A stretch of DNA of 64,000 bases from the IMG/VR virus record IMGVR_UViG_3300014834_000367, positions 33,764 through 97,763 of that record. One strand, 5' to 3'. Positions 38,243 to 49,113 of the stretch are shown here, piece by piece. Made by a program: the position numbers and the translations under genes. The stretch's first letter is position 1, and each line of letters begins with the position of its first letter. Source of the DNA: a virus. A model generated the notes under the pieces. The model was given only the letters and a program-made list of their open reading frames with translations. It was not told the DNA's origin and made no database searches.

Positions 38243-39703
38243 ATGCACACATTCAAACATAGCGGTCATATCGAAGAGTTGATTTATTCTTTACCAGTAG
38301 TCAAGCATTTTGGTGGCGGAAAATTTTTCATCCATCTTAATCAGATGGAATGGATCATCCAAAACTTTTATGGCGGTGAAGCCCCTGAAGAATTAAAAAA
38401 TCAATTAACTCCCGAAATGTTTGCTGAGATATCTGAGCTTCTCACGGGGCAGGAATATATCACTTCAGTTGAAGTGTTTTCAAATCAAGAAATCACACAT
38501 AACTTAGATAGATTCAGAACAGCATTTGCAAATTGGCGTGGCAATTTAGTTGATTGTTACACCTCAATATTTCCGATACCAAATGAACAAACAGAATCAT
38601 TACGAAATACTGCCTGGCTGAAAGTGGCACCAAAAAAGTTTGAAGATAAAACAATTGCCGTATACCGCTCTCCTTTCAAAAAGCCAGAATTAACTTCACC
38701 GCAATGGGCGCAGTGGAAAAATGAAGGCCTTGACAAAAAAGCATTTTTTATTGGTAAAAAGCAAGAGTATATTAATTTCGTTAATGAATTCGGGTGGGAT
38801 TTACCATTAGTTGAACCGAAATCTCTTTTAGAAAAAGCTAGATATATTGCTGGCGCACAAAAATTTATTGGCTCGACCAGCGTTGAGCTGGCATTAGCTA
38901 ACGCGCTGGATATTGAAGTTTTTTGGGAAAAAACACACCCAGCAAAAGCTGAAGTTCAACCGTGGTATTTTACAAATAAAAAGAATTCAACAGCCTTTTA
39001 CGAGAACAGGCCAGAAGTACTTGCCGCGATTAATGTTTTTCCAGGAAAGCCAAAAAGCAAGTATATGGTAGTCAGCATGAATGATGAGAACTATCAGCCA
39101 TTGGCCGATTTAACTTGGAATAGAAATAAAAAATTATATTGCGAGCGCCATGGTTATGCAGGCCATAACAAAACTACAGGAATTCGAAAAGACATTCCAA
39201 TCGGCTTTGAGAAAATTTTCTTACTTTTAGATTTAATGAAAAGCAATCCTGAATGTGAATGGTTTTGGTGGACTGGTTCAGACGCGATGATCATGAATTT
39301 TTCTACTAAAATTGAAGATAAAATTGATGAAAACTATGATATGATTATTGCAACTGATTGTAATGGTCTGAACGCCGATAGCATTCTACTTAAAAATTCA
39401 GAATGGTCTAGAAACTATATGCAGTACATTATAGATTCCATTCCAAAATATATCAATCATTATTTCTATGAACAGCAAGCAATGATTGAATCATATCAGA
39501 AACATCCAAACAACATTAAGGTTGTTCCGCAGCGTTATATGAACTCTTATCTAAATCAGCTTTATCCTAATCAGCCAGTGTTTGACAAGCTTGGCACTGA
39601 TGGCACTTGGCAGAAAGGCGACTGGTTCATTCATTGGCCAGGAACAAGTTTGGAAATGAGATTACAACTGGCTCATATGTTCATGGCTGAGGTAGTTGAA
39701 TGA
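38243..39703 (+). CDS. Fused glycosyltransferase: GT9-like N-domain plus GT34/Mnn10-like C-domain
   Basis: N-half resembles 44189; C-half has YCERHGY, WFWWTGSDA, GLNADS, EQQA, DWFIHWPG. Confidence 0.7.
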   Translation: MHTFKHSGHIEELIYSLPVVKHFGGGKFFIHLNQMEWIIQNFYGGEAPEELKNQLTPEMFAEISELLTGQEYITSVEVFSNQEITHNLDRFRTAFANWRGNLVDCYTSIFPIPNEQTESLRNTAWLKVAPKKFEDKTIAVYRSPFKKPELTSPQWAQWKNEGLDKKAFFIGKKQEYINFVNEFGWDLPLVEPKSLLEKARYIAGAQKFIGSTSVELALANALDIEVFWEKTHPAKAEVQPWYFTNKKNSTAFYENRPEVLAAINVFPGKPKSKYMVVSMNDENYQPLADLTWNRNKKLYCERHGYAGHNKTTGIRKDIPIGFEKIFLLLDLMKSNPECEWFWWTGSDAMIMNFSTKIEDKIDENYDMIIATDCNGLNADSILLKNSEWSRNYMQYIIDSIPKYINHYFYEQQAMIESYQKHPNNIKVVPQRYMNSYLNQLYPNQPVFDKLGTDGTWQKGDWFIHWPGTSLEMRLQLAHMFMAEVVE

Positions 39704-40518
39704 AGATTTTCATAACAGGAGCTACTGGCTTCGTTGGAAAAAACTTAGTTGAGTTGTACGATGATCAAGACGTTTATCAGTTTGATAGGTCAAAATCTGT
39801 TACGGCACAACTAGAATATTTTTCACCTGATGTTGTCATTAACTGCGGTGCCGAGATTTATAATCCTGATTTGATGTGGGATGCTAATATCTGTTTAACG
39901 AAAGATATTCTAGATTATGTTAAGAAACATGAAATAAACATGGTGCAAATTGGCTCAAGCTCAGAATATGGTAAATTACCAAGAGCCAGCAATGAAAATG
40001 ATAGAATCAATCCTGTTGACATGTATCAAGCAACAAAGGGCGCCGCAACTTTACTGTGCCAGGGTTATGCAAGATTATATAATCTAAACATAAATGTTGC
40101 GCGCCCATACAGCGTATATGGAAAATATGAAAGGTCACATCGTCTTTTTCCACGCCTATGGAGAGCATTCATGCTGAATCAGCCAATGAAATTATTTCAT
40201 GGCGTTCATGACTTTATTCATATTGAAGATTTTGTTAGAGGTATCGATTTACTAGTTAAAACGCAACAACCTGGCGTAGGAGATATTGTTAATTTTGGTT
40301 CTGGTACACAATATACAAATTTAGAAGTTTTAAAGCTTTTTGAAAAAGTAACTGGCAAATCAGCGCCGGTTGAAATAGTTTCTGAAATGTCAAAGAATTT
40401 TGAAAGTGAAGTATGGCTCTGTGATACTGAATACGCGAAACGTAAATATGACTTTATTGTCAAATACAATCTAGAAAATGGAATCCAGCGTTTCCTGGAA
40501 ACCGCTAATTACAATTAG
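39700..40518 (+). CDS. NAD-dependent sugar epimerase/reductase
   Basis: ITGATGFVG, GSSSEYG, YQATK. Confidence 0.85.
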   Translation: MKIFITGATGFVGKNLVELYDDQDVYQFDRSKSVTAQLEYFSPDVVINCGAEIYNPDLMWDANICLTKDILDYVKKHEINMVQIGSSSEYGKLPRASNENDRINPVDMYQATKGAATLLCQGYARLYNLNINVARPYSVYGKYERSHRLFPRLWRAFMLNQPMKLFHGVHDFIHIEDFVRGIDLLVKTQQPGVGDIVNFGSGTQYTNLEVLKLFEKVTGKSAPVEIVSEMSKNFESEVWLCDTEYAKRKYDFIVKYNLENGIQRFLETANYN

Positions 40519-40526
40519 GAGTTATC

Positions 40527-41255
40527 ATGGCATTGAATCGTAAATTGCTGACAAGCAAAGGGCAGGTTATTGACATCGCAACAGAAGATAACGCGGCAAT
40601 AGCGCACTTTGTAAACCCACACAATTATGCTGACGTTGTTTTAAATCAAATCAATCATGATCGCTTCTATGATGAATTTTTAGGCGATGCAGAAGATTTA
40701 GTAATTTTGGACATCGGTGGAAATATTGGCCTTTTTACGCTGTATGCCCATGACCGTGCAAAAGCGATTTATCCAATTGAACCAACTCCAGGTCATTTTC
40801 ATATTCTTAAAGAATTAACTAAAGATTATCCACAGGTTCACCCACTGAATTACGCGGCACATGCCGAAGATACCACAATTGATTTTTATATCAGCGAAGA
40901 AAATTCAACGATGAATAGTAGTGTTAACCAATATGGCACGAAAGTTGCGGTTAATGCACGAACAATTGGCACTATTATTAAGGAGCTCAACTTAGATCAC
41001 GTTGATTTTATTAAGTGTGATATTGAGGGCTCAGAGATGGCGGCGCTCACTGATGAAACGGTTGGAGCGGTAAAAGATATCGTAGATTTTTGGTTCATTG
41101 AAGTTCATGCTACACAGCAAGAAACAGAAATGCATTGGGAACAAAGTCTACAAGTTAATCGTGAAAAGCTCGCAGCACTTTTCACGCGGCAGGGATATAC
41201 TGTAGCTATGTTTAGACATGACGGCATAGTTGCTTTTAAGGAAGAGGAAGAATGA
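40527..41255 (+). CDS. FkbM-family methyltransferase
   Basis: LDIGGNIG, IEP, IKCDIEGSE. Confidence 0.85.
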   Translation: MALNRKLLTSKGQVIDIATEDNAAIAHFVNPHNYADVVLNQINHDRFYDEFLGDAEDLVILDIGGNIGLFTLYAHDRAKAIYPIEPTPGHFHILKELTKDYPQVHPLNYAAHAEDTTIDFYISEENSTMNSSVNQYGTKVAVNARTIGTIIKELNLDHVDFIKCDIEGSEMAALTDETVGAVKDIVDFWFIEVHATQQETEMHWEQSLQVNREKLAALFTRQGYTVAMFRHDGIVAFKEEEE

Positions 41256-41869
41256 GCACTTTAGAAAAACTGCAAAAGCGAATTCTTGAAATAACTTTTC
41301 AGGAGAAGCTGAGTCACTTAAGCAGTTGTCTCAGCGCTCTACCAATCATTCATGAAATCTATGATCAGAAGAAAGAAGATGAAATCTTTATTCTATCAAA
41401 TGGTCATGCCGGTCTGGCGCTGTACTGCGAATTAGAATCACGTTATGGCATAGATCCTGTTATGCTTTTGCACAAGCATGGGATTCATCCTGGTAAAGAT
41501 CTTGAAAATAAGTTATATTGTTCAACCGGAAGTCTTGGATCAGGTTTGCCGATCGCTGTAGGCCACGCTCTCGCTGATCGCAACAAAAATGTATGGTGCA
41601 TGATTTCAGATGGTGAGGCAGCTGAAGGCAGTATTTGGGAAAGCTTAAGATTTGCCCATGAACAGCAGCTTGACAACTTACGCGTCTATGTTAATATCAA
41701 TGGTATGGGAGCTTATGATTACATTGATGTTGATTATCTTGAAAAAAGGCTATTAGCATTTTTACCAACAATTAATATCAGAAAAAGCGAGCCTACTAAG
41801 CTCCCATTTGCTGAAGGACTATTATCACATTATTATGTCATGAAACCTGAGGACTATGCAAAATTATGA
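41252..41869 (+). CDS. Transketolase N-terminal (TPP-binding) subunit
   Basis: FILSNGHA, STGSLGSG, SDGEAAEGSIWE. Confidence 0.88.
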   Translation: MSTLEKLQKRILEITFQEKLSHLSSCLSALPIIHEIYDQKKEDEIFILSNGHAGLALYCELESRYGIDPVMLLHKHGIHPGKDLENKLYCSTGSLGSGLPIAVGHALADRNKNVWCMISDGEAAEGSIWESLRFAHEQQLDNLRVYVNINGMGAYDYIDVDYLEKRLLAFLPTINIRKSEPTKLPFAEGLLSHYYVMKPEDYAKL

Positions 41870-42348
41870 GAAAAGAATGTGCTGATTTGTTATTAAGTGA
41901 AATGACTAATAACGAACAAATTATTACTCTAACTGCCGATTTGGGTTTTGGTATTTTAGATAAAGTTAAGGAATCATTTCCACAAAGATTCTTCAATGTT
42001 GGTGCTGCGGAACAGTTACTGATTGGCGCAGCTGTCGGGCTGGCCGAAGAAGGAAAAATTCCTGTATGTTATTCAATGAGTAGTTTTATCCTTTATCGCC
42101 CATTTGAATTTTTACGTAATTATGTTGATTATGAAAAAGTTCCAGTGAAATTAATTGGCAGCGGCAGGGATAAAGATTATAGCCATGATGGAATTAGTCA
42201 TTGGGCACATGATGATGAGATCGTGTTGAGCAGCTTGCCAAATATCAAAATTTATAAACCAAAATCTATCGCTGAGTTAGAAAACATTTGGCCAGAATTC
42301 ATCAACGAAAAAGTTCCGGCGTATCTGAATCTAACCAGAAAAATATAA
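41866..42348 (+). CDS. Transketolase pyrimidine-binding subunit (no C-terminal domain)
   Basis: TADLG, NVGAAEQ, GISH; only 160 aa. Confidence 0.85.
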   Translation: MRKECADLLLSEMTNNEQIITLTADLGFGILDKVKESFPQRFFNVGAAEQLLIGAAVGLAEEGKIPVCYSMSSFILYRPFEFLRNYVDYEKVPVKLIGSGRDKDYSHDGISHWAHDDEIVLSSLPNIKIYKPKSIAELENIWPEFINEKVPAYLNLTRKI

Positions 42349-42364
42349 TATCGAGGCTAATAGT

Positions 42365-43312
42365 ATGTCTACTAAAGTTGTTTATGTGACAGGATGTTTA
42401 GGATTTATTGGTTATCATGTCACGTTGGCGTGCTTAGAACAAGGCTGGTATGTTCGCGGCATTGATTCTTTGACTTATGCGGCTAATAAAAACTTGCTGC
42501 CAGAACTAGAAAAATATAAAAATTTCTTTTTTGAATCAAAAGACATTAACGAAATTGATACGCTTTATGACTGTGATTATTTTATAAACACAGCGGCCGA
42601 AACACACGTTGATAATTCAATCGTCAGCAGCGACGTTTTTCTAAAAAGCAATATCAACGGCGTTCATCGTATTTTAGAGTTAATTAAAACTAAGAGCACC
42701 GCCAAGCGGCCAGTCTTTTTACATTTTAGCACAGATGAAGTTTATGGTGATATTGTGGAAGGCGCTCACGCTGAAACAGATTTATTAAAACCGAGTAATC
42801 CATATTCTGCAACCAAAGCTGCTGCAGATATGTTAATTTTAGCTTGGGCAAGAACATTTAATGTGCCTTATATTATAGTGCGCCCAACAAACAATTACGG
42901 AATTGGACAATATACCGAGAAGTTTATTCCGCATGCCATAAAGTATCTCAGCTTGGGCAAGAAGGCGCAACTTCATGATGAGGGTACTCCACGTCGAACA
43001 TGGCTCCACGCCAGCGATACCGCAGCTGCGGTTATTACGATCATTGAAGCCGGTGTCGTAAATGAAATTTATAATATTTCCGGAAACTACGAAGAACAAA
43101 ATATTGTTGTTATTAGAAAAATTTTAAAGCTCATGAAGCTAACTGGAGATGAATCGGAATATTTAGATTTTTCAGTTAAACGTCCTGGTCAGGATGTTCG
43201 TTACGCAATTGACGACTCTAAGCTTAAAGGATTAGGCTGGACAGCTAAAGCAAATTTTGATGTTGAATTAAAAAAGATTGTAAAATATTATACAAAAAAC
43301 TTTATTTGGTGA
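42365..43312 (+). CDS. rfbB: dTDP-glucose 4,6-dehydratase
   Basis: AAETHVDNS, STDEVYG, PYSATKA, NNYG..Q..EK.IP, RPGQD.RY. Confidence 0.88.
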   Translation: MSTKVVYVTGCLGFIGYHVTLACLEQGWYVRGIDSLTYAANKNLLPELEKYKNFFFESKDINEIDTLYDCDYFINTAAETHVDNSIVSSDVFLKSNINGVHRILELIKTKSTAKRPVFLHFSTDEVYGDIVEGAHAETDLLKPSNPYSATKAAADMLILAWARTFNVPYIIVRPTNNYGIGQYTEKFIPHAIKYLSLGKKAQLHDEGTPRRTWLHASDTAAAVITIIEAGVVNEIYNISGNYEEQNIVVIRKILKLMKLTGDESEYLDFSVKRPGQDVRYAIDDSKLKGLGWTAKANFDVELKKIVKYYTKNFIW

Positions 43313-43323
43313 TGGGGGTTTAA

Positions 43324-44187
43324 ATGCGCGTTTTTGACTGTTTCACCTTCTTTAATGAATTCGAAATTCTCGAATTAAGACTTGCAGAATTATATGATGT
43401 TGTAGATTGTTTCGTGATTTGCGAAGCTAGTACAACTCACAACAATAATCCAAAGCCATTTTATCTAAAAGATAATTTCTCAAGATTTGAAAAATACGCA
43501 GATAAGATTAAGTTGTTATCTATATCTGATATGCCGCGCGATAAAAATACTTGGGTTGATGAAAAATTTCAAAGAAAAGCATTAGAGCGTGGCTTAACTG
43601 ATCTGAGGGCAGATGATTTGGTGATAGTGAGTGATGCTGATGAAATTCCTCGCGCTGATGCCGTTCAGGCAGTAAAAGAAGATACGAATGATTATGACAG
43701 ATATTTGTTGAGCATTCCAATGTTTTATTTCAAATTGAATTTCTATATGCACGCCCCACAATATAGACAACGTAATATTGCTATTTCACGTGGCCGAGTG
43801 TTTTCAGATCCTCAAAAAGAGCGCGAATTTTATTTTGATAAAACAGGTTTACCAACCAATTACGCTTGTGAAGAATTTTGCATTTTGGAACATGCAGGTT
43901 GGCACTTTACTTATTTTGCGCATGACAACGATCTTGCGGTTAATAAGCTTAAAAACTTTGCTCACGCGAATGACGCAAATACTAATGATGTTATTCAGAA
44001 AATAAACGTCGATTATATGATTCAGAATAAAGTTGGATTCTCTGGTTTCAATTCTCCAGAAAAGTTTGAATATATCACCGTAGATGATTATTTCCCACAA
44101 ACAGTTTTAGATAATCCAGAAAAATATGATCATCTAATTGTAAAAGGCGATACTAAATCAATTTACGAATTTTATCCGGAGTGCTAA
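43324..44187 (+). CDS. GT17-like glycosyltransferase
   Basis: DCFTFFNE..ILELR, SDADEIP, AGWHFTY. Confidence 0.8.
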   Translation: MRVFDCFTFFNEFEILELRLAELYDVVDCFVICEASTTHNNNPKPFYLKDNFSRFEKYADKIKLLSISDMPRDKNTWVDEKFQRKALERGLTDLRADDLVIVSDADEIPRADAVQAVKEDTNDYDRYLLSIPMFYFKLNFYMHAPQYRQRNIAISRGRVFSDPQKEREFYFDKTGLPTNYACEEFCILEHAGWHFTYFAHDNDLAVNKLKNFAHANDANTNDVIQKINVDYMIQNKVGFSGFNSPEKFEYITVDDYFPQTVLDNPEKYDHLIVKGDTKSIYEFYPEC

Positions 44188-44188
44188 A

Positions 44189-44965
44189 ATGACAAATCTA
44201 GCTTTTTCTCATTCAGGAACATTTGGCGATATCATTTACGCGTTGCCAATCATGAAACAAATGGGAGGCGGAGATTTATATTTACGCCTCCATAATATGG
44301 ATAATATGGCACGTCGAGTTCTCGGTGCGCCTAATGCGGGCGCACATGCCGGTGAAATGTCGAAAGAGCAATTTGACAGCCTGACTCCACTGATAGAACA
44401 ACAGCCTTATGTCAAAAATTGGAAAATTTGGAATGGTGAACACATAGATGTAGCGTTCGAAGAATATTGTTTACAGATTCCCAGAGATCAGCCCGGCAAT
44501 TATGCTTTTAAGTATGGTTTAGCTGCTGGTGTAAATTTTTATGAGAACTACGAAGAATTAATGATTAGACCTTGGCTTGACGTTAAGGATCCAATTAAAA
44601 TTCCAAATAGGCCAATAGTTATTAATAGGATTAGTCGGCATTTGTACGGTTGCGATCCTGAATTGAAGAGATGGAAAAAGTTTATCAGAACAGGACTCCT
44701 TACGACCGCAGTTTACGTTGGCTTGCCACAAGAACACCTTTGGTTTCAAGATATTCTTGGGGTAAAAATTGATTATTATCCAACACAAAATATTTTAGAT
44801 TTAGCGCGCGTAATTGCTGGAGCTGAAATGTTTATTGGCAGTCAGAGTTTATGTCTAAGCCTGGCACTTGGTCTCGGAAAAACTATCTACTGTGAAGGCC
44901 GTAGAGACGTAAGGCCTGGTCGCAATGAGTGCTTCTACATAAGACCAAATGTATTTTACTTCTAA
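44189..44965 (+). CDS. GT9-like glycosyltransferase
   Basis: HSGTFGDIIYALP, ARVIAGAEMFIGSQS. Confidence 0.7.
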   Translation: MTNLAFSHSGTFGDIIYALPIMKQMGGGDLYLRLHNMDNMARRVLGAPNAGAHAGEMSKEQFDSLTPLIEQQPYVKNWKIWNGEHIDVAFEEYCLQIPRDQPGNYAFKYGLAAGVNFYENYEELMIRPWLDVKDPIKIPNRPIVINRISRHLYGCDPELKRWKKFIRTGLLTTAVYVGLPQEHLWFQDILGVKIDYYPTQNILDLARVIAGAEMFIGSQSLCLSLALGLGKTIYCEGRRDVRPGRNECFYIRPNVFYF

Positions 44966-44978
44966 TAGGTGATCAATA

Positions 44979-45740
44979 ATGTCTACAAACGTTGTCAAAT
45001 TTTATTCTCATGAACAGCAAGATGAATTCATTTTCAATCTATTTGGAGCAAAAAGAGGTGGCTCCTTCTTAGATATTTCATGTAGCCATCCGGTTGTTGG
45101 CAGTAATACTTATGCGTTAGAAGAATCATTAGGTTGGGATGGAATAGGATTTGACATCGTAGATGTTGTCGAAAAACTGAACTGGAACAAATATAGAAAA
45201 GCAAAATTTGTTCAGGCCGATGCAACTTCAGTAGAATTGACAAATTATCTTAAAAACAATATCACTGACGTTGTTGATTACATTTCAATTGATGTTGACG
45301 CATACCCAAATAATTATAGCAAAGAGGCATTAGAAAAAGTTATTGATTCTGGAATTAGATTTAAAGCTATGACATTTGAACACGAATTCTATAAATTTGG
45401 TCATTTTGTCAGGGATCCAGCTCGCGACATTTTAGAGAGCCAGGGTTATGTAATGCTTTTTGAAAATGTAAAATTTTGGCAACCAGGTTTGGCCAATACG
45501 GTTTGGGAAGATTGGTGGATTGATCCTAAGCATTTTGATGATAAAATTCTAGCATGCCGTAAAAAGGATATTTTTTATTTCGAGTGTATTGATATTCTTC
45601 AAGACGCTCAAAAAATTAATTATATGGCACAACACGAGTTCTGTGCCGCTTATGCCGAAGAATATAATGTTGAAGGCCATAATGATCATTGGGGTCATTA
45701 TCCAAATGTTATGAGAGAATGGCAAAGACCTCCAAAATAA
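44979..45740 (+). CDS. FkbM-like methyltransferase
   Basis: YSHEQQD, SNTYALE...W.G, DYISIDVD, TFEH, EDWW. Confidence 0.7.
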   Translation: MSTNVVKFYSHEQQDEFIFNLFGAKRGGSFLDISCSHPVVGSNTYALEESLGWDGIGFDIVDVVEKLNWNKYRKAKFVQADATSVELTNYLKNNITDVVDYISIDVDAYPNNYSKEALEKVIDSGIRFKAMTFEHEFYKFGHFVRDPARDILESQGYVMLFENVKFWQPGLANTVWEDWWIDPKHFDDKILACRKKDIFYFECIDILQDAQKINYMAQHEFCAAYAEEYNVEGHNDHWGHYPNVMREWQRPPK

Positions 45741-45818
45741 AAATAGTATGCTAAATACCCTTTAATGATAATATTATTAGTAAATAGACTATTAACTAAT
45801 TTATTTCTGGGGATTAGC

Positions 45819-47192
45819 ATGTCAAAATTAATAATATTTGACTTAGATGGCGTCTTGATTGATAGCAAAGATTTGCATTTTGAATCTTTAAATATGGCGT
45901 TAAAAGAAATAGACGAAAAATTCCTAATAAGCAGAGATGAGCACGTATCAATTTATGATGGTCTGAATACGTCAAAGAAGTTAGAATTACTTTCAAAATT
46001 AAAAAAATTTCCAAAGTCACACCATCAGACCGTGTGGGAGTTAAAACAAACGACAACAGTAAAATTAATTAAACAATTTAAAAAAGATAAAAAACTGATA
46101 AGCATTTTCAAAAAATTGAAAGATGCTAATTATCAAATTGCTGTTGCTAGTAATAGCATAAGAGAGACTGTTAAGCAGGCGTTAATATCGATTGGTGTAA
46201 TAGAATTTGTTGATTTCTATGTAAGCAATCAAGACGTGAAGCAACCAAAACCATTTCCAGAAATGTACTGGAAGTGCATGACAACATTAAACTGTTTACC
46301 AAAAGATACGATAATTATTGAAGATAGCGCTGTTGGCAGAAAAGCAGCTTTGGACAGCGGTTGTCATTTGTTGCCTATTAAAAGCGCCGGTGAATTGACA
46401 TGGCAGTTAATTTCTCATAAAATTTCAGAAATAGAAAACGAAAATCAAATATTATCTCAACAATGGAAAGACCCGAAATTAAATATATTAATTCCAATGG
46501 CGGGCGCCGGTTCTAGATTTGCTGAAGCGGGATACTCTTTGCCTAAACCTCTTATAGAAGTAAATGGCAAACCAATGATAGAAGTCGTTTGTAAAAATTT
46601 AAACATTATAGGAAATTATATCTTTTTGGTTCAGAAAGAACATTACAAAAAATATAATTTAAAATATATGTTAAATCTGATAGCGCCTGGATGTAAAATA
46701 GTTCAAATAGATAGGATGACAGAAGGCGCAGCTTGCACAACACTTCAAGCAAAACAATTCATCAATAATGAGAATCCTCTCTTAATTGCTAATAGCGATC
46801 AGTTTGTTGAGTGGAATTCAAGCGAGTGTATGTATACATTTTCAGAAGATAAAGTTGATGCTGGAATTATCACGTTCAAAGCTAAAGACAAAAAATGGAG
46901 TTATGCAAAAGTCGATGAAAACAATTTTGTAGTAGAAGTTGCTGAAAAAAGAGTTATAAGTGATGATGCTACAGTTGGGATCTATTATTGGAAACATGGA
47001 AGCGATTATGTAAAATATGCTGAGCAGATGATTTCTAAAAATGTTCGCGTAAATAATGAATTTTACGTGTGTCCAGTTTTTAATGAAGCTATTGAAGATG
47101 GCAAAAAGGTAAAAATTAAAAGAGCCAACAAGATGTGGGGCTTAGGAACGCCAGTAGATCTTACCATGTATTTGGAAAATCATAAAAAATGA
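45819..47192 (+). CDS. HAD phosphatase fused to a sugar-nucleotidyltransferase domain
   Basis: FDLDGVL, KP.PE, IEDS; IPMAGAGSRF, PKPLI, WGLGTP.DL. Confidence 0.85.
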   Translation: MSKLIIFDLDGVLIDSKDLHFESLNMALKEIDEKFLISRDEHVSIYDGLNTSKKLELLSKLKKFPKSHHQTVWELKQTTTVKLIKQFKKDKKLISIFKKLKDANYQIAVASNSIRETVKQALISIGVIEFVDFYVSNQDVKQPKPFPEMYWKCMTTLNCLPKDTIIIEDSAVGRKAALDSGCHLLPIKSAGELTWQLISHKISEIENENQILSQQWKDPKLNILIPMAGAGSRFAEAGYSLPKPLIEVNGKPMIEVVCKNLNIIGNYIFLVQKEHYKKYNLKYMLNLIAPGCKIVQIDRMTEGAACTTLQAKQFINNENPLLIANSDQFVEWNSSECMYTFSEDKVDAGIITFKAKDKKWSYAKVDENNFVVEVAEKRVISDDATVGIYYWKHGSDYVKYAEQMISKNVRVNNEFYVCPVFNEAIEDGKKVKIKRANKMWGLGTPVDLTMYLENHKK

Positions 47193-47632
47193 AGCTCATA
47201 GCGCACCGAGGTCTTATTAGCGGCCCAGATAAAAGCTTTGAGAATTCACCAAATCAGATTAATATTGCGTTATCATTAGGATACGAGTGCGAAATAGACA
47301 TTTGGAAATGCAATGATAAATTGTTTCTTGGACATGATTTACCTCAATATGAGATAGATTTAGAATTTCTATCAAATGAAAAATTTTGGATTCACGCGAA
47401 AAATTTAGAAGCTTTGCATTTTCTATTAAGCACGAACTTAAATTACTTTTGGCATCAAACTGACGATTTTACATTAACAAGTCACGGATTCATTTGGGCG
47501 TACCCTGGAAAAGAGTTGACAGAAAAAAGTATTATGGTTATGCCAGAATTGATTTCATCTGATTTTCAAATGTACGCAAATAGCATAAATTGTTATGGGA
47601 TATGCAGTGATTATGTTGGAGTATTTAAATGA
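47189..47632 (+). CDS. Glycerophosphodiester phosphodiesterase-like protein
   Basis: IAHRG, EN, EID, GHD, GICSD. Confidence 0.7.
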   Translation: MKLIAHRGLISGPDKSFENSPNQINIALSLGYECEIDIWKCNDKLFLGHDLPQYEIDLEFLSNEKFWIHAKNLEALHFLLSTNLNYFWHQTDDFTLTSHGFIWAYPGKELTEKSIMVMPELISSDFQMYANSINCYGICSDYVGVFK

Positions 47633-48399
47633 AAATAGCTGTATGTTTTAGCGGCCAACTTTCCAGATTTAACATAAACCTACACGTTTTTAAAGAACAG
47701 TTGGCAATTTATGCAAAACATTCTATTGATTTGTTTTTTAGTTTTTGGGGAAATGAAGATTTAAACAGTTTTCATAAAAAAATTGAAGATAACATAAAAC
47801 CTGAATTTAAAAATAACATAAACATTAGAAATGTAGAATTAATTCAAAACTGTGAGTGGAAATCAAAACATCCTAATTCGAAATGTTGGTCTAGAGGAAA
47901 TTCTGCTGAATCAATAATATGCATGTATAAAAGCATAAAAAATGCTGATATTCTTAGACAGAATTTTGAGAAACAAAATAACTTAAACTATGATCTAGTG
48001 ATACGATCAAGACCAGATATTCTTATTTCTGGAGATATAGATTTTGAAAAATGGAAACATAAATTAGATTCAGAAAAAATAGCTATAATACCTAAAAACT
48101 ATAATTGGTGCGAACAATGGTCTGAAAATGGAATGCTTTGCGATTTGTGGTTTGTAGCCAAACCAAAAGCTATGGAAGAAATTTGTAAAATTGCAGATTT
48201 GGTAGACGATCATGTTGATTCTGGATGTAGATTACACCCAGAAAGTTTATTGTGGTGGCAAATAGAAAAGCATGTAAATATTTCTTCATTTTTTCAAACT
48301 AATAATATAATCCGACCTCTTTACTCATTTGAACACTGCGAAGTTATCTTACACAGAAATGGCAACGCCGTTAAATACAAAGACAAATCAGCAATATAA
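47629..48399 (+). CDS. Putative glycosyltransferase-like protein
   Basis: KIAVCFSGQ, YDLVIRSRPD, HPE. Confidence 0.55.
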   Translation: MKIAVCFSGQLSRFNINLHVFKEQLAIYAKHSIDLFFSFWGNEDLNSFHKKIEDNIKPEFKNNINIRNVELIQNCEWKSKHPNSKCWSRGNSAESIICMYKSIKNADILRQNFEKQNNLNYDLVIRSRPDILISGDIDFEKWKHKLDSEKIAIIPKNYNWCEQWSENGMLCDLWFVAKPKAMEEICKIADLVDDHVDSGCRLHPESLLWWQIEKHVNISSFFQTNNIIRPLYSFEHCEVILHRNGNAVKYKDKSAI

Positions 48400-48564
48400 T
48401 TATGCGAAATCATTAAATTTATTTTAATGGTTAGAGATCATTTACTAATTAATCATTCATACGTGATAACATGTGTTATAATTATATTTGAGTTAAGTAA
48501 CACAACTCAATAAGGCGTGCCATCAAAAATGGCATATTCTAATAGTTTTACCTAAGGAGTTTTT

Positions 48565-48870
48565 ATGACCAGCGTTGAAAAGATTGACAACTATTCTTCC
48601 CGTTATTATGAAGTTATGGAATATATTCTTGGCGGTAAAGATGTTACGCCAGATTTATTGGGATTTTCACCAGAAGAAGTTGTCTGGTCTCAAGAACAAT
48701 GGAGTTCAAGCACGCAAGAGGCATTTCGTCTTTATCTAAATGGCCTTCGCGTTAAATATGGTTTCTCACAAGGCGAGGGTCGCATTGCACTAGTCGACAA
48801 TGGTGCAGAAACTTACGCACTGCCAAAGGATTTCGCGCAGCGCTATCTTGGTACCAAAGCACAAGCATAA
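48565..48870 (+). CDS. Hypothetical protein
   Basis: AAGGAG RBS, promoter-like sequence upstream, terminator downstream. Confidence 0.7.
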   Translation: MTSVEKIDNYSSRYYEVMEYILGGKDVTPDLLGFSPEEVVWSQEQWSSSTQEAFRLYLNGLRVKYGFSQGEGRIALVDNGAETYALPKDFAQRYLGTKAQA

Positions 48871-48883
48871 GGTGTAACAAAAT

Positions 48884-48918
48884 AGAAAGGCCTAATTTAA
48901 AATCAGGCCTTTCTTTTT
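48884..48918 (+). terminator. Intrinsic terminator
   Basis: agaaaggcct...aggcctttct followed by a T run. Confidence 0.7.
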
Positions 48919-49113
48919 AGTATTAAAAATATATGATTGACCCTACTACGTGTTGTCATACCTATTAAATTTTTATGCGTAATTCTTAAAATTTATAAGA
49001 ATTGCCACCGTTAATAAAAGCACAATATAGTAATATCTAAAATATAGATTTTTCATTTGAATAAATAAAAACGCATAGCATTTGTAGATCTCATATTCAT
49101 AAGGAATACATAA

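Noticed and set aside
38243-48399. Bacterial O-antigen or capsule locus (host contamination)
   Set aside because: It is contiguous with phage late genes and lacks wzx, wzy, wzm/wzt and an initiating transferase.
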